A stretch of 63,574 nucleotides of DNA, filler included, from Rhabdomonas costata (lineage: Eukaryota): the NCBI GenBank assembly GCA_019059605.1. It is 43 parts of 43 records of this genome, joined end to end, with 100 filler letters (N's around TTAATTAATTAA, not from the genome) between each part and the next. Parts side by side here need not be neighbours in the genome. Positions count along the whole stretch, not along the records: positions 1 to 1,381 come from JAHMHO010017629.1; positions 1,482 to 2,862 come from JAHMHO010017630.1; positions 2,963 to 4,343 come from JAHMHO010017631.1; positions 4,444 to 5,824 come from JAHMHO010017632.1; positions 5,925 to 7,305 come from JAHMHO010017633.1; positions 7,406 to 8,787 come from JAHMHO010017634.1; positions 8,888 to 10,268 come from JAHMHO010017635.1; positions 10,369 to 11,749 come from JAHMHO010017636.1; 35 more parts are not named here. One strand, given 5' to 3'. How positions within the stretch are numbered: position 1 is the stretch's first letter; every line of letters begins with the position of its first letter. A program made the position numbers and the translations under genes. Below are positions 1 to 11,749 of the stretch, piece by piece. Under the pieces are notes generated by a model. The model saw nothing but the letters and a program-made list of their open reading frames with translations, had not been told where the DNA came from and did not search any database.

Positions 1-639
1 TTTTTTGGGTTGGTGAGATAGCCGCTGGAAAGTTGCCTGAAGCAGAAGCCATGAAATGTGTTGGGAAATGCCAAGGGGTAACCTGGGGTGTTGACTGGTC
101 ACTCATGGTCCATGTAACCATGATCCAATCGCCCCAAGGTAGCCATCGTACCAAAGCACGAGGCAACCTAGCCACAGGAACGAGGAGCCTACCGTAAGAC
201 GGGGAGCGACGAGTGGCCAACTTGACTTGGCTGGAGCGTGACCGACGGAAAGACCCGTAGGGTATTGGGACTGATACCGAGTGAAGTAAGAGCTAAGTAA
301 GCCCACAGTGGCATAAAGCCCAAACCACCCGAAGCGCCGAGCCCGACATAAAGAGTACGAATAAGTATTTGGTATTGGGGCTAGGGGACCCGATGGCCAT
401 CCTAGTATTACCTGCAGTAACTAACCGCTTTTACCCAGTTGGCATCCGACCAGAGCAATTACTCACTGGACTTCGTGCCCTCCAGGCCTACACTACACGC
501 CTCTGTATCATGCTCTTACACATATCTCAAAGTGGCCGATGGTGTGCTACTGCTTCTGGAGGGTTGCTTTTTGGAACCCCAAAAGAATGCTCATATGCCA
601 CTAGCTGAAGTCATCTCACTTCTCCCTGGAGTCCCATCA

Positions 640-1000
640 GGTTCACACGACATACAAGCGCTGTGTGAACCTGGATGCATGGAGATCTTCGGACAACTTG
701 TCTTTGACGGGAGTCGGGACAAGACCATATCCCTTCGATCGCCAATTAGTTTTCCGGTACAAGGTTGCCGCCTAGTACTGGTAACAGTCTGCGTCCGTGT
801 CATTCGTGATTCGATCTGATCTGTACCGTTTTGCCCCTGGTTTCTGCAGGGAATTGTATATTGAAGAAATCGATCAGGGCTAAGGTTGGTATGGTGGATG
901 GTCATTTGTAAAGGAGTTCCAGTGGAGAGCATACTTGGGCTCAAAGGACCGTTTTCTCTCGTTGATGGAGCACATTTGATGACATTTTCAGTGATGGCAT
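640..1000 (-). mobile_element. Possible decayed LTR-retrotransposon integrase C-terminal remnant
   Basis: Minus-strand fragments CSPLELLYK*PSTIP and GDRRDMVLSRLP resemble gypsy 'SPFELLYGR.P' and 'GD.VL' motifs; stops and frameshifts present. Confidence 0.2.
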
Positions 1001-1381
1001 CCTTTTATTCTTCCTACAGAAGCGTAGGGGGCGACGCACATGTCCCCCATAATAAGGGGTATTTATGCCATAAATATTACAGATTACTCCCAGCACCTCC
1101 ATCGCAAAGGAAATACGGAAAAGCCCTGTGAGAATGCAACCGCGCCTGTCGGTCAAACAGCTCAACCTGAGGACCTGACGCGGGGCCAACTGGCACAGGC
1201 TGTCTTCATTGGAGGAAATAAAGATTGCAAGAGGACGCGAAGACAAAATGAGAGGCAGGCACCGGTTGAACCGCGAAACCCAAAACGTTTTCTGGTGCCG
1301 CACTGGGAACCCAAGCACGCCGAATCGTCAAAACCCACTTGTCTGCAAAGGCATCATGCCCAAGAAAACAGGCACCCCCCA

Positions 1382-1481
1382 NNNNNNNNNNNNNNNNNNN
1401 NNNNNNNNNNNNNNNNNNNNNNNNNTTAATTAATTAANNNNNNNNNNNNNNNNNNNNNNNNNNNNNNNNNNNNNNNNNNNN
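1382..1481. other. Artificial contig linker (44 N + TTAATTAATTAA + 44 N); first of 42 identical linkers
   Basis: The same 100-bp block recurs every ~1,481 bp; the core has stops in all six frames. Confidence 0.99.
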
Positions 1482-2113
1482 TTCAGGGGGGAGCTGGGCC
1501 ATACTTCAGTCCGTCTGCTCTTTCATGTGTGGGTCGGAGAAGTTTAGAGTGGACAAAGTAGTGCTGAAAATGCACCTTGAAGACAATACAGCAAGAGCCA
1601 TGCGCAAAGCTCAACTTGGCGCGGCTCAACTCTCAAGCTATTGTAGTGGCCCAGAATGAGCCTTGAAAACAATGGATCTGTCAGCATGCACGTCCACCGG
1701 CACCCATTGTTCAAATGGATCTGTCGGCCAAATGCGAGACGTCCCATACTCGCAAGGATGGCAACGGGTGGAAGAAGAAGCGGCCGGATGGGCATATGTG
1801 CCTCCAACCACCAGAGGTTAAAACTGAGATTGAGACATTACCTGGAGTGAACAATTTGTTAAGATGGATGGATGGTAAACATCCCAGGAGCCCAGAAGTT
1901 GAGAGAGACAAAGTATCCATCCTCCACCCCAGAACCTGAGCGAGAACGTCTCCCCTGTCCGGAGATAAAAACGCGTTGGCAGCGGAACATTGTACGTAAA
2001 CGACAGCCCAGGTTTGTGGCCACATAATCTGAGTCCACAGAGGGACGACGAGAGGGCTCCATAAAATGGGGAGGATCTGGGCAGGAAGACAGAGAGGAAG
2101 ACCCCACCGCGCG

Positions 2114-2597
2114 CTAGTGAGCCCCCGTGGCAATCCACTGCCTCTGCCGCTCCACGAGCTGGCGGTGCAGCTGCGGGGTGACAGCGGGACCCCCGCCGAA
2201 GCGCGCCACAAGGGCCTTCCAGTCCGTCACAGGGATGGCAACGTAGAAGCTCTCCACCGAGCAATGGAAGTGAGGCGGGAGCACACCTTTTGATTTCGAG
2301 GCAAAAAAAACCAAATCTATCCTCAACTCGACCGAAAAACACACCAAAGAAAGAAAGGAGAACATGCCGCAAGAGCACACCCTTGCGAGGCATCGTTGCC
2401 GCGCCCCGGACGGCCTCGGGGTCACAGTAGCAGATCTCGTTCAGGATCACCCCGGGCTCCTCACACAGGCACAGCCGCAACAGCCACAGCCGCGACACAT
2501 ACGCCACCCCCGACGACTCCTCTCCCCCCTCCACCGCACGAGAGGGCTCCTGCAGCCACTGCAGGGCCTTCTTTCTGCGCACGGGCCGCAGGGAAAA
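2114..2597 (-). CDS. C-terminal DUSP domain of a USP20/USP33-like deubiquitinase (exons ~2597-2381 and 2286-2114)
   Basis: Spliced translation AYVSRLWLLRL..EEPGVILNEICYC..KG|VLPPHFH..VAIPVTDWKALVARFGGGPAV matches the USP20/33 DUSP pattern (Y.SR.WL..EPG.I.N..C..G..PP..W..L..RFGGGPAV). GT-AG intron 2380-2287; TAG stop. Confidence 0.75.
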
Positions 2598-4848
2598 CTG
2601 GAAGCTCACCGGGATTCAGCATAAACACATTCCCTTCCCCTCCCTTTCTTTCCTCTTCATTCTTGTTTGTTTCCCCACCGTCCCGTTCCTGTCCCCCGCC
2701 ACTCTTTCGGTCCCCTCTCACTTGACAACTTGACTTCTTCGTTTAGATGCGTGGCTTCAAGCGTTGTGCAAAACCTCCCTGGCCATTGCTGACAAAACAA
2801 GTGCCCAAACCCCATTCACTACGGTGTTTTTGCCATTGTTCGTACGGCCACCCAACCCCACCNNNNNNNNNNNNNNNNNNNNNNNNNNNNNNNNNNNNNN
2901 NNNNNNTTAATTAATTAANNNNNNNNNNNNNNNNNNNNNNNNNNNNNNNNNNNNNNNNNNNNGGTGTTGTGGATAAAAATTCGTCCTTCTGGGAGGCCAG
3001 ATGACTGTCCACTGGATCTCTGTGACCTCCTCTCCAGTCTATCTCTGTTGGACCTTCTGGGATGCTGTGTGCCGATACATGTTACCCAGTATATCCCACT
3101 GCTTGCGTGATGGCACAGCTGGTCACTGTAGCATATGGTTGTTTCCATTATATTGCACTCAGCTGGACCGGTCTATGTGATACACCGTGCTGGAGTTTTC
3201 TTCCTGGTGCTCTTGTCGTACTGCCTGCACGCTGAAGCCTTTTATGGTCAGAAAGTGGACAAAGGCACCGAACTTGTTGCAAAGCTGGACTAAGAACTCA
3301 TTTTTACCCATTCTCACTGCCAGGGATGGTGATGACTTACAAGCGCAACGCTCAGCAATAACCAATTTGCGTGAAATCTGAACCCATCACTTTACTTGAT
3401 ATCAAAAATAGAGGTATGATGCTAACTTCCATGACTCCGAAATCCAACTTCCAACCTTCAACTTCAAACCACCAAGTACTACACGTTTCGCTTGTTTCCC
3501 GATTATTTCTGTGAACCGTTTTCCTTGCTTCTGTGTGTTGTTGGCTATGGTTTTTTCTCGATGCCAGCGCGTTGGAGCGAGACATGAGGCTTCATGCGCC
3601 CCAATTATATGCCCTTCCATGTGCCTCCGGCCGCTTCCTTCTGACCGTAGATTTGTTTATTCCAACAAACCCTCGTGTTTCATTAGTTTTCCATAGCGCC
3701 TTTCCTATGATGCGGCGCACCGTCCAAGTCAACCCAGATGGACAACGGACCTGTCGAGAAGGAACGACTGGAGAGTTGTGGTACACTATGTGCCTGATGG
3801 TTTTGACGCACTCTCAGATTGCAAAACTGATACATCTGGCAGAATAATAAAGAGAGAGAACGAGATAAAAAAACTCGAGAGATATAGAGAAAGAGAGAGA
3901 AAAAGAGAGATGGAAGAATTCCCTCTTTATAACGAATCCTTGAAAGATCGGCCTTGGTGTATCAAGAGGGCAGGAAGCGAGAGCCCTGTATTGGCATGAA
4001 AATCCTTTGAATCAATCGGTGCCTCACTTTCGATTGCCAGTGCTTCTTTGGGACTAACACAAAAAACAAAAAACACTGAAAATAGAAATTGAATTGTTCT
4101 TAACTCCGTCTCGCCAATCTTAACAGAAGAATAATCTTAACAGAAGGAATCAAGCTAGATGAAAAGCCACGCAGAGCTAACGAAACACGAACCACAGCCA
4201 GAAACCTATTGGATGAATCATCTGTCTTAAGAATTGAAAAGCCAGTTACCAGTCCAGTGAAAACCGATCTGGCTCGGCATGACAGGCTCCAGTCGGCCCT
4301 ACCGTAACATCTGGTAGCAGAAGGTAAAAAGACACCCCAAACCNNNNNNNNNNNNNNNNNNNNNNNNNNNNNNNNNNNNNNNNNNNNTTAATTAATTAAN
4401 NNNNNNNNNNNNNNNNNNNNNNNNNNNNNNNNNNNNNNNNNNNGTGTTGGGTGTGCTTGGTGTTGGTTTTCCTTGCGGAAGATGAAGGGAATGAGCGTTC
4501 CCACTGATTTAGGGTTTGCAGCACAGGCGCAACACAAGGTCCTAGTAGAGAACACGAAAATAGGGGGAGGGCGCCGGAGTGGAGGGCGCCCACGAAAAGA
4601 ACGAAATTCCGGTAACGCACAGTGTATGCGTGGTGTGGTGCAGCTGTTCACATCACCGTCTCCCACAGTCACAAACAAAAGGTCGGCCGCCACAGCCCCA
4701 CATCGGCACACAACCGATCGCGAGATTATATCTGTTGTGGGGAGGGGGGGTTTCCTGCAAGGAGTCAATCTCACCCTGTAGATGGGGTAATCTTCTCACC
4801 GTACTCACCTCCATGAGCTCATCGTGTGGTTTTTCTTCCTGCACACAG

Positions 4849-5444
4849 GTGGACATGTGGAGTGTGGGAGTCATTCTCTACGTCCTCTGCTGTGGGTATG
4901 TCTGGGATGGGATGGGATGGGAGAGTGTGAATGTGGGGGAGTGGGTTCAATTCACAACTTCTTGCCTATGTTGGGAGCGTGCATACGAATTTGTGGCCGA
5001 TCGAGGGAGCCAGAACACGCTCACTGCGCCAGCGTCTCAAAATGGTGTAAGTATCATCGTGTGCGCCACATCAGAGCCAGCCGACTCCGACATGCAGCGA
5101 CTTTGCATCAGCCATCGCACATTGCACACGCGGACTGCACCGAAGGTCACATCACGTTGGCAGCGGGAGTGCCCTGCCCTTCACACATTCCGCAATTCTA
5201 ATGATAGACTCACTGGCTCTCTTGTTCATGATGTGGCAAGGTTGAGGTTGATGGCGTGGTGGATGTCCCGCGCCACAGGTTCTGCCCGTTCTACGACGAG
5301 AACACCCCGGCGCTGTTCAGCGCGATCACCCGCGGGAAGTACAGCTTCCCCAGCCCCTTCTGGGACAACATCTCCGACGAGTGCAAGCACCTCATCTCCA
5401 ACCTCCTCGTCGTGGACCCCAAGAAGCGCTATACCGCGGAGCAG
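4849..5444 (+). CDS. CAMK-family Ser/Thr kinase, subdomains IX-XI (exons 4849-4895 and 5279-5444)
   Basis: VDMWSVGVILYVLCCG|FCPFYDENTPALFSAITRGKYSFPSPFWDNISDECKHLISNLLVVDPKKRYTAEQ; phase-consistent GT-AG intron 4896-5278. Confidence 0.93.
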
Positions 5445-5924
5445 GTTCCTGCCTGAAAAAAAAACAGAAATTCCCCTTTTTTGAACTACAACTCTCAGAG
5501 GTCGAGGGTTCATTGGGTTTGGATTGGGCTTCGAGTGGGGACCTTCAACACCTCGCCATCGACGCGTTTATTTCACCCTCCCTTTGTATTGCGGTGGTTG
5601 CGGTTCCAGCCTTTCACGCTCCCACCAGCAAAGGCCTCAAACCGGAAAAAAGAAACATCACCAGTGAAACAATACCAGGAAATAGGTGATAGCCATGGGC
5701 TGTCAAGGTTTCCAACAGCTGTACCTTCACTGTGAAGGAACTCCAGGACCCAGTAGAAATGGCTGATTTCTGTTTTTGCAGCGCTTCAAGCCTGATTTTT
5801 TTCCAATTATACTGACCACACAAANNNNNNNNNNNNNNNNNNNNNNNNNNNNNNNNNNNNNNNNNNNNTTAATTAATTAANNNNNNNNNNNNNNNNNNNN
5901 NNNNNNNNNNNNNNNNNNNNNNNN

Positions 5925-6458
5925 TCTCAGATTACCATTGCTGCTAAGGGCCTCACAGACCCACACAAAGTCCTTTTCCGGGACCCTGTCGTCATCCTCC
6001 GCGCATTCGAGCGAAATGGAGGCCGTGCCCAAACCAGGAGCACAGATAACCGATGCAAGACATCCCTGCTGCCGTGAAGAAAGGGACCCGCGAGCGTTCA
6101 GCGTGACCTCGACAAGCCTGGGAAAATCTCTAAGTGCAACCAAGTCCTCGCCAGCTGTCACACCAAGCTCGTGAGCATCGTCCAGAACGAAAACACGCAA
6201 ATTTGAGAAGTTTTTGGACACCCAAACTGAGCACCATTCTTTTCCAGCGAGAGTGTGCGCCGACAGCCGAAGAGATTCCACGTTGACCAGCTGCATCGCT
6301 CGGCGCGGGGAGAGAATTTTGGGTGCTACCCGAGCCTCGGCAAGGAAAAGATGCCTCATGTGGACAAGAGGCGTCCACTTTGAGCACACCAGACAAAACT
6401 GCCTTTGCCGCACGAAAGAAAACATAACCCTCAAGATGTCCAACGCAAGCGTATTCAT
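5925..6458 (-). CDS. F-box-like N-terminus followed by LRR-like repeats (3' truncated)
   Basis: MNTLALDILRVMFSFV..FCLVCSKW is F-box-like; NLRVFVLD and PRLVEVTLN are LRR-like; frame stays open to the contig end. Confidence 0.55.
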
Positions 6459-7060
6459 GCCTGGAAAAGAACTGGACAAATAGACTGGAAAAACAATCCC
6501 TCCCCAAATAGACATTACCCTCGGAGGCATCAAAAGGATGCCAGGAATGTCAAGAAGCACATATGATAGCATCGGACATACCGCTTTAAAATCTGAGAGA
6601 GTCGGGAGATTAACAGTTGTCCAGGGCCCAACGGTTAGTTTGGGTCTAGTGTTGGTGGTACTGGGACACAGCGAAAAAAATTGAGTTTGAATTCTGCGAA
6701 CTTGCATATAACCGGTTCAAGAAAAAACATTCCCTTCATGTTGCAAGAATATTTCTTTTTAACGAATTTCAAACTTTTATCTCCGCTTGCACGCTTGCAG
6801 ATGCAAAAGCATATATACCAAATACTTAAGATGGCGGATGTCATGGGATGTTGACACAAAAAACGCTCTTCATCGCAACGGCAATCATCAAATCAAGACT
6901 GAGCGAACGCTGAGGAAAGCTGATGGCTCAGAAATCCACAACAAACAGATACAGTCAGTGTCCACTATATTACATTGAAACAGTGAATGAATCACGCACC
7001 CTTTGTACAAGGGAAGGGGAGCAACACCACCCACAGACAGATCCTGCTGCGAACAAGGAA

Positions 7061-7147
7061 CAGTTGGTGGCGCAAGATGGCAAGCAAGCGAAAGCACTTC
7101 ATCGCGTGTAGGGGCAGGGATTTTCGGTTCAAATCCACCACCCCATC
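7061..7147 (+). other. tRNA-like internal Pol III promoter (A and B boxes), possible SINE head
   Basis: A-box-like TGGCGCAAGATGG at 7068-7080 and B-box GGTTCAAATCC at 7126-7136; stems do not pair into a proper cloverleaf. Confidence 0.35.
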
Positions 7148-10100
7148 AGCGGCGAAATGACAGCCCTCGCTCAGGCTGTGTATCTCGGGTGAGGCCTCCG
7201 CGGCGTGGCTTCGGATAGAGCGGGCGGGCGGGGTGCTAAGACAGTCGACTCCGCGCCAGGGTGTCCCTCCACAGCAAGCATGCGAGAGGGAGCAGGGACG
7301 GTGTCNNNNNNNNNNNNNNNNNNNNNNNNNNNNNNNNNNNNNNNNNNNNTTAATTAATTAANNNNNNNNNNNNNNNNNNNNNNNNNNNNNNNNNNNNNNN
7401 NNNNNTGCGAGTGTTTTCAAGTGCTTTGTGTTTGTTCCCACTTGTTCGTCCATCCTTCGACAGTGTTCCCCCTCGTTCCTTTTCCCGCCACCTGTCGGCC
7501 TCCGCACACATCAGCACCTTTAACATACCGACGTTTGTTGCCTTTCCCTTATTGCATCCAAAAATACAACTCCCTCTGACCACATGCCACCTCGACCGTA
7601 CAACGTTCGAACAACCCGCAACCTGGATCTCACCAGTCTCTGAAGGACAAACCACAAAGAGCCAAAGACTGCAAGCACGCAAATAAACACCTATCGTACG
7701 AGGCAAGACCGGACGCCCGGAGAGCACCTCTTCACTGACCAAAACGCTTAACGGTTCGGAAGCCAGATGTGGCTTCTCACCGTTAGGGCGACGTTAGGGT
7801 GACGAACAGCTGTCCAAAAGGATAGTAAATGCGCTGATAGAAGCCAGGCACACAAAGATGCAAACAAAAAAACACTGACAGCAACAACGTCGAGGGATTT
7901 GTCCAACTGAGCCGGCAAGCAAGGGTGAAAAGGGGGGGGGGGAATGCAAGTGCCCAACAAAATTATTGGGCACTCAGCATGTCTCCGCGGACAAAAAAGG
8001 GCCAGAAACGCACTGTCCAGTTGGAGACACAGTAAAAAATATACCCTTAAAATAGAAGGACTTCTCGCACTGCAGTTGCGATTTTGATTGAAAAAAGCAT
8101 TGTCCACTTTTCAGGGTACCGTCCAGCCCATCGGCAGAAGAAAAAGTGGGAGAGAAGACACGACAACGGAGCAAGAACAGCCAAAAAAGAATGTCGCTCC
8201 CAGTCTCTACTGCAGCGCAGTCCTGGCACGCGCAGTCGCTTAGCTGGAAGATCTTTGTTCTACGCCCCCCTTTGCAGCAACGCAACAGTCTACAAAGCGC
8301 TGCAGTTGAAAGGGGGCGCTGAGGCTGTGGTTAATATGAAAAGGAAAAGGTAAAGATGTGCCGAAGTGAACTTTGTCGCGAGCTTTGGCTTTAGGGGACA
8401 GCGGGCTGAAAGAAGAAAGGCAGAAAGTGCTTGCCTGTAAAGAAACACTCTGCAAGACTTCCTTGGAACACACTGTCGCCCAGCAGTACAACTCCAAACT
8501 TCCGTGGTGACCACTGTCAGTGTTATATTTTGCAACTTAGTGATCCAATCGCAACAGTCGGGATGGGCCGTCGAAATTTAAAACACTGAATTACCTCAAA
8601 AAGATAGAGTTGGAAGGGGCACGCAAAGTGGAAAGGAGAGGAAGCGAAACAGGTCCAAAGATTTGGCAAAAAGGCCGAACGAGTGTGGCAGCAGCAGCGG
8701 GCTCGAGACCACCCCCCCATTTGCGTTTCTTTTATGTTAGCATGTTTCCTTTTATTCCTTTCATGTCATGGCCACGCCCACCCCCACNNNNNNNNNNNNN
8801 NNNNNNNNNNNNNNNNNNNNNNNNNNNNNNNTTAATTAATTAANNNNNNNNNNNNNNNNNNNNNNNNNNNNNNNNNNNNNNNNNNNNCTTGACGTTTTTC
8901 GTTACCTCTCACCAACCATCATTTTTCTTTATATATATTAACTGCTGTCTGCTTTATTCTTGTTTGCAGAGATATTCAATGCAAGTGCACTGTTGACGCT
9001 GATTTAACCCGAATCAAGCAGCTGGGACCACTGTTAGACTCATTGGTGTCTACGTGAGCTTGGCCATTGTTGTTGTGCACGAGGTGAGGTTTAGCTGTTT
9101 CAAGGACGCAGAAACTGTTGGCGAGTTGATCAGTCAGCGGCAGTTTTACCTCTTTCCGCTCTGTAAGAAGGTGCTATGTCTACCTAAGATGGCACAAGCG
9201 GCTTCATAAGGTCTACTCGCTCTGGGTTCATGGTTGAGGTCGGTTTCCGTGTCAACACAACTACAGAGCAAATGTCTCTTCTCCTCGTCACTCGCCATTG
9301 CATCAATTCATCTTTTTCATTGCTTTATATCGAAACCTACGTCACACCTTTTGGATGCTGATGTTCTCCTTTCTGCTACTGTGATGTTTTTTGCCATAAA
9401 TATAAATATATACATGAAGCTCTCGTGATCACTACACTGCATTTCTCTCCCTCATAGTGTACATTGAACCCCTGCGTCTTCGTTCCATTTCCCATCCATT
9501 CCTAGCTTTCCAGCGCCCATTGCCCTCGTTCGTTTCTTTGCATTACTAGCACCTTACTTTGCATCCCAGCTTCCACTAACTGTCTTACAACCACCGCGGT
9601 GATGTGCATATGCACATTGTCATTGTTTCCTTTCTCACTTTCAGGACAGAAAGAATTGACTTTCACTCGTTGGGTTAGAGGCTTTCTGTCATGCCACTTG
9701 CTTCGCTGTGTGTCATCCTTGCTAGATGCATCAGTCCTCGTGCGGTGGTTTTTCCGTCTCGTATCTTTGCTTTTTGTTGCTGATCTTTCAAAAATAGACT
9801 CGTCCAGTTATTTTACAAATTGTCAATCGAAACGTTTATGTGATGCATTACTTTCTAAAAAATGAAGTTTGATAATAAAAGGTTCCATATAGGCACTACA
9901 CATCAAGGTGTTAACTGACACTCGGAAGGAAAGCATCACCAGTTTTGTTTCGTTTAGGGACCAGTCAGCGCCCAGCGCGCAACACACTTACGCGTTGTGG
10001 ATGAAACCCGCGGATGAAATTGCTCAAGGATTTAGCAAAAAACGTTCTGGTTCGTGTGGCCAAACCAATAGATTTTAAATATGAATATTGTCGAAACGAG

Positions 10101-10368
10101 GCTTTAGCATTTGTATTTGTGGCTTTAACATAAACGACTATCGTATGGACTGTACTCTGGTCGTGAAGTCGCGAGGATGCGACAATGAATAAGCTGAAAA
10201 CCTGTCTTCAGCCCAGACCTCGGTAGATCCACGTGAATTCTTTCTCCAGGGCGTAAGCAGTGAAGGAANNNNNNNNNNNNNNNNNNNNNNNNNNNNNNNN
10301 NNNNNNNNNNNNTTAATTAATTAANNNNNNNNNNNNNNNNNNNNNNNNNNNNNNNNNNNNNNNNNNNN

Positions 10369-11749
10369 GGGTGTGGTGGTTTGTTCACGAAGGCGGTGAT
10401 GTTCACGACGCTCTAGGAAGACTCAAAAAGACAGCTGACAACGTTGCGGGTCTATTTGAGTATCCTCCTCCTTCGAATGTTGTTGTGAACGGAATGCTTT
10501 ATGCACGATGCGTTGCGGCAAACATACCATCCAATGGCAGTTGGTGGTTTGTTCACGAAGGCGGTGATGTTCACGACGCTCTAGGAAGACTCAAAAAGAC
10601 AGCTGACTACAGCAAGCTGGCAAGTCTGTGCCAAAGAGTCGAGTCTGTCCTGCGACATAATCACAAGCTCATGAGAGATTTTCGGCAGCCATCAGTTCCT
10701 CAAGAAGAATGGATCATTGACGTGGGGAAAGTAAAAGACTCCATGTTTTTGGTGTGGAGAGGGGAAGGGCTGCTTCCACCAGAAAGGTCTGCTGTAGTTC
10801 TGAGAAAGTCTGATGGACTTCAGGACATGATTGGTGAACTGGATTCAAGGTGGGAACCTTTGCTTTACCCAGTGTTCTTCCCCACAGGTCAAGCTGGTTG
10901 GTGTCCAGAGTTTCGCTCTGCAGATGGTTCCAGAAGGATAACTCTGGCTGATTACGCCAGAGCTACTGTTTTGAGGGAACCAATGTTGAAGTACTCAGGA
11001 CGCCTCATGAATCAGTATGTCCTGGATGTGCATTCTCGTGAAGAGAATTCAAGATTCCAGTATTACAGAACACACCAGGGCATTCTGAGAGTCGGTGATG
11101 AGTTTCTTGCCAACGCAGGTGTTGAGAAGGTCGTTCTTCCTTCAACCCATCCAGGAAGTCGAAGGTACCAGACCAGGTTAATGCACGAAGGACTGGCATT
11201 GGTGAACAGGTTCGGTTACCCGGACTTCTTCATCACAATGACGTGCAACCCGGACTGGGAAGACATCCGTGATGGGCTTCACCCAGGACAGTCACCTGCT
11301 GACAGACCGGATATGGTTTGCCGTGTATTTCACGCAAAAGTTCTCTGGCTGATCAAAGATCTAAAAGATGGGACTATATTTGGATCTCCTGCTGTCTACT
11401 ACACAGGAGCCATTGAGTTTCAGAAGCGCGGGTTGCCTCACTTTCACATTGCAGTGAAAGTTCAGCACGAGGAGCACAAAACTGAGGAGGAAAAAGCTCA
11501 TTTTGTTGATCAGCATATCTCCGCTGTGTTTCCTGCTGACCCCGATGACGCAAACATTGTGAGGAAGTACATGTTTCACCGGTGCAAGAGACCCAATTGC
11601 GAGCCAGGAAAGTCCTGTAGTGCACACTTTCCAAAGCCGGTAAGATCCACAACCTGGTTTGACAGTGCGGGGTTTCCGCTGTACCGCAGAAGCTTCGCAG
11701 ATTGTTTTGTGGTGCCACACAATCTGCATCTGCTGAAACCCCAAACCCC
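10369..11749 (+). mobile_element. Helitron RepHel fragment (Helitron_like_N / HUH Rep domain)
   Basis: One open frame across the contig with EPLLYPVFFPTG, LPSTHPGSRRY, GYPDFFITMTCNPDW, DRPDMVCRVFHAK, EFQKRGLPHFHI (HUH), CSAHFPKP, GFPLYRR and VVPHN. Confidence 0.93.
10374..10607 (+). repeat. Exact 66-bp direct repeat (10374-10439 and 10542-10607) at contig start, probably an amplification chimera
   Basis: Identical copies 168 bp apart; the first abuts the G/T-rich contig end. Confidence 0.85.

Noticed and set aside
1426..1437. Regularly spaced TTAATTAATTAA resembling a CRISPR or repeat array
   Set aside because: It is an N-flanked synthetic linker; ORFs ending in 'LIN' or X runs are artefacts of it.
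2590..2660. Euglenid-type nonconventional intron end upstream of the DUSP exon
   Set aside because: An in-frame CAG acceptor exists at 2600-2598 and no pairing 5' arm is visible; no convincing nonconventional intron was found in the window.
10374..10607. Internal 22-aa repeat in the Helitron protein
   Set aside because: Nucleotide-identical copy starting at the contig end; likely a template-switch artefact.
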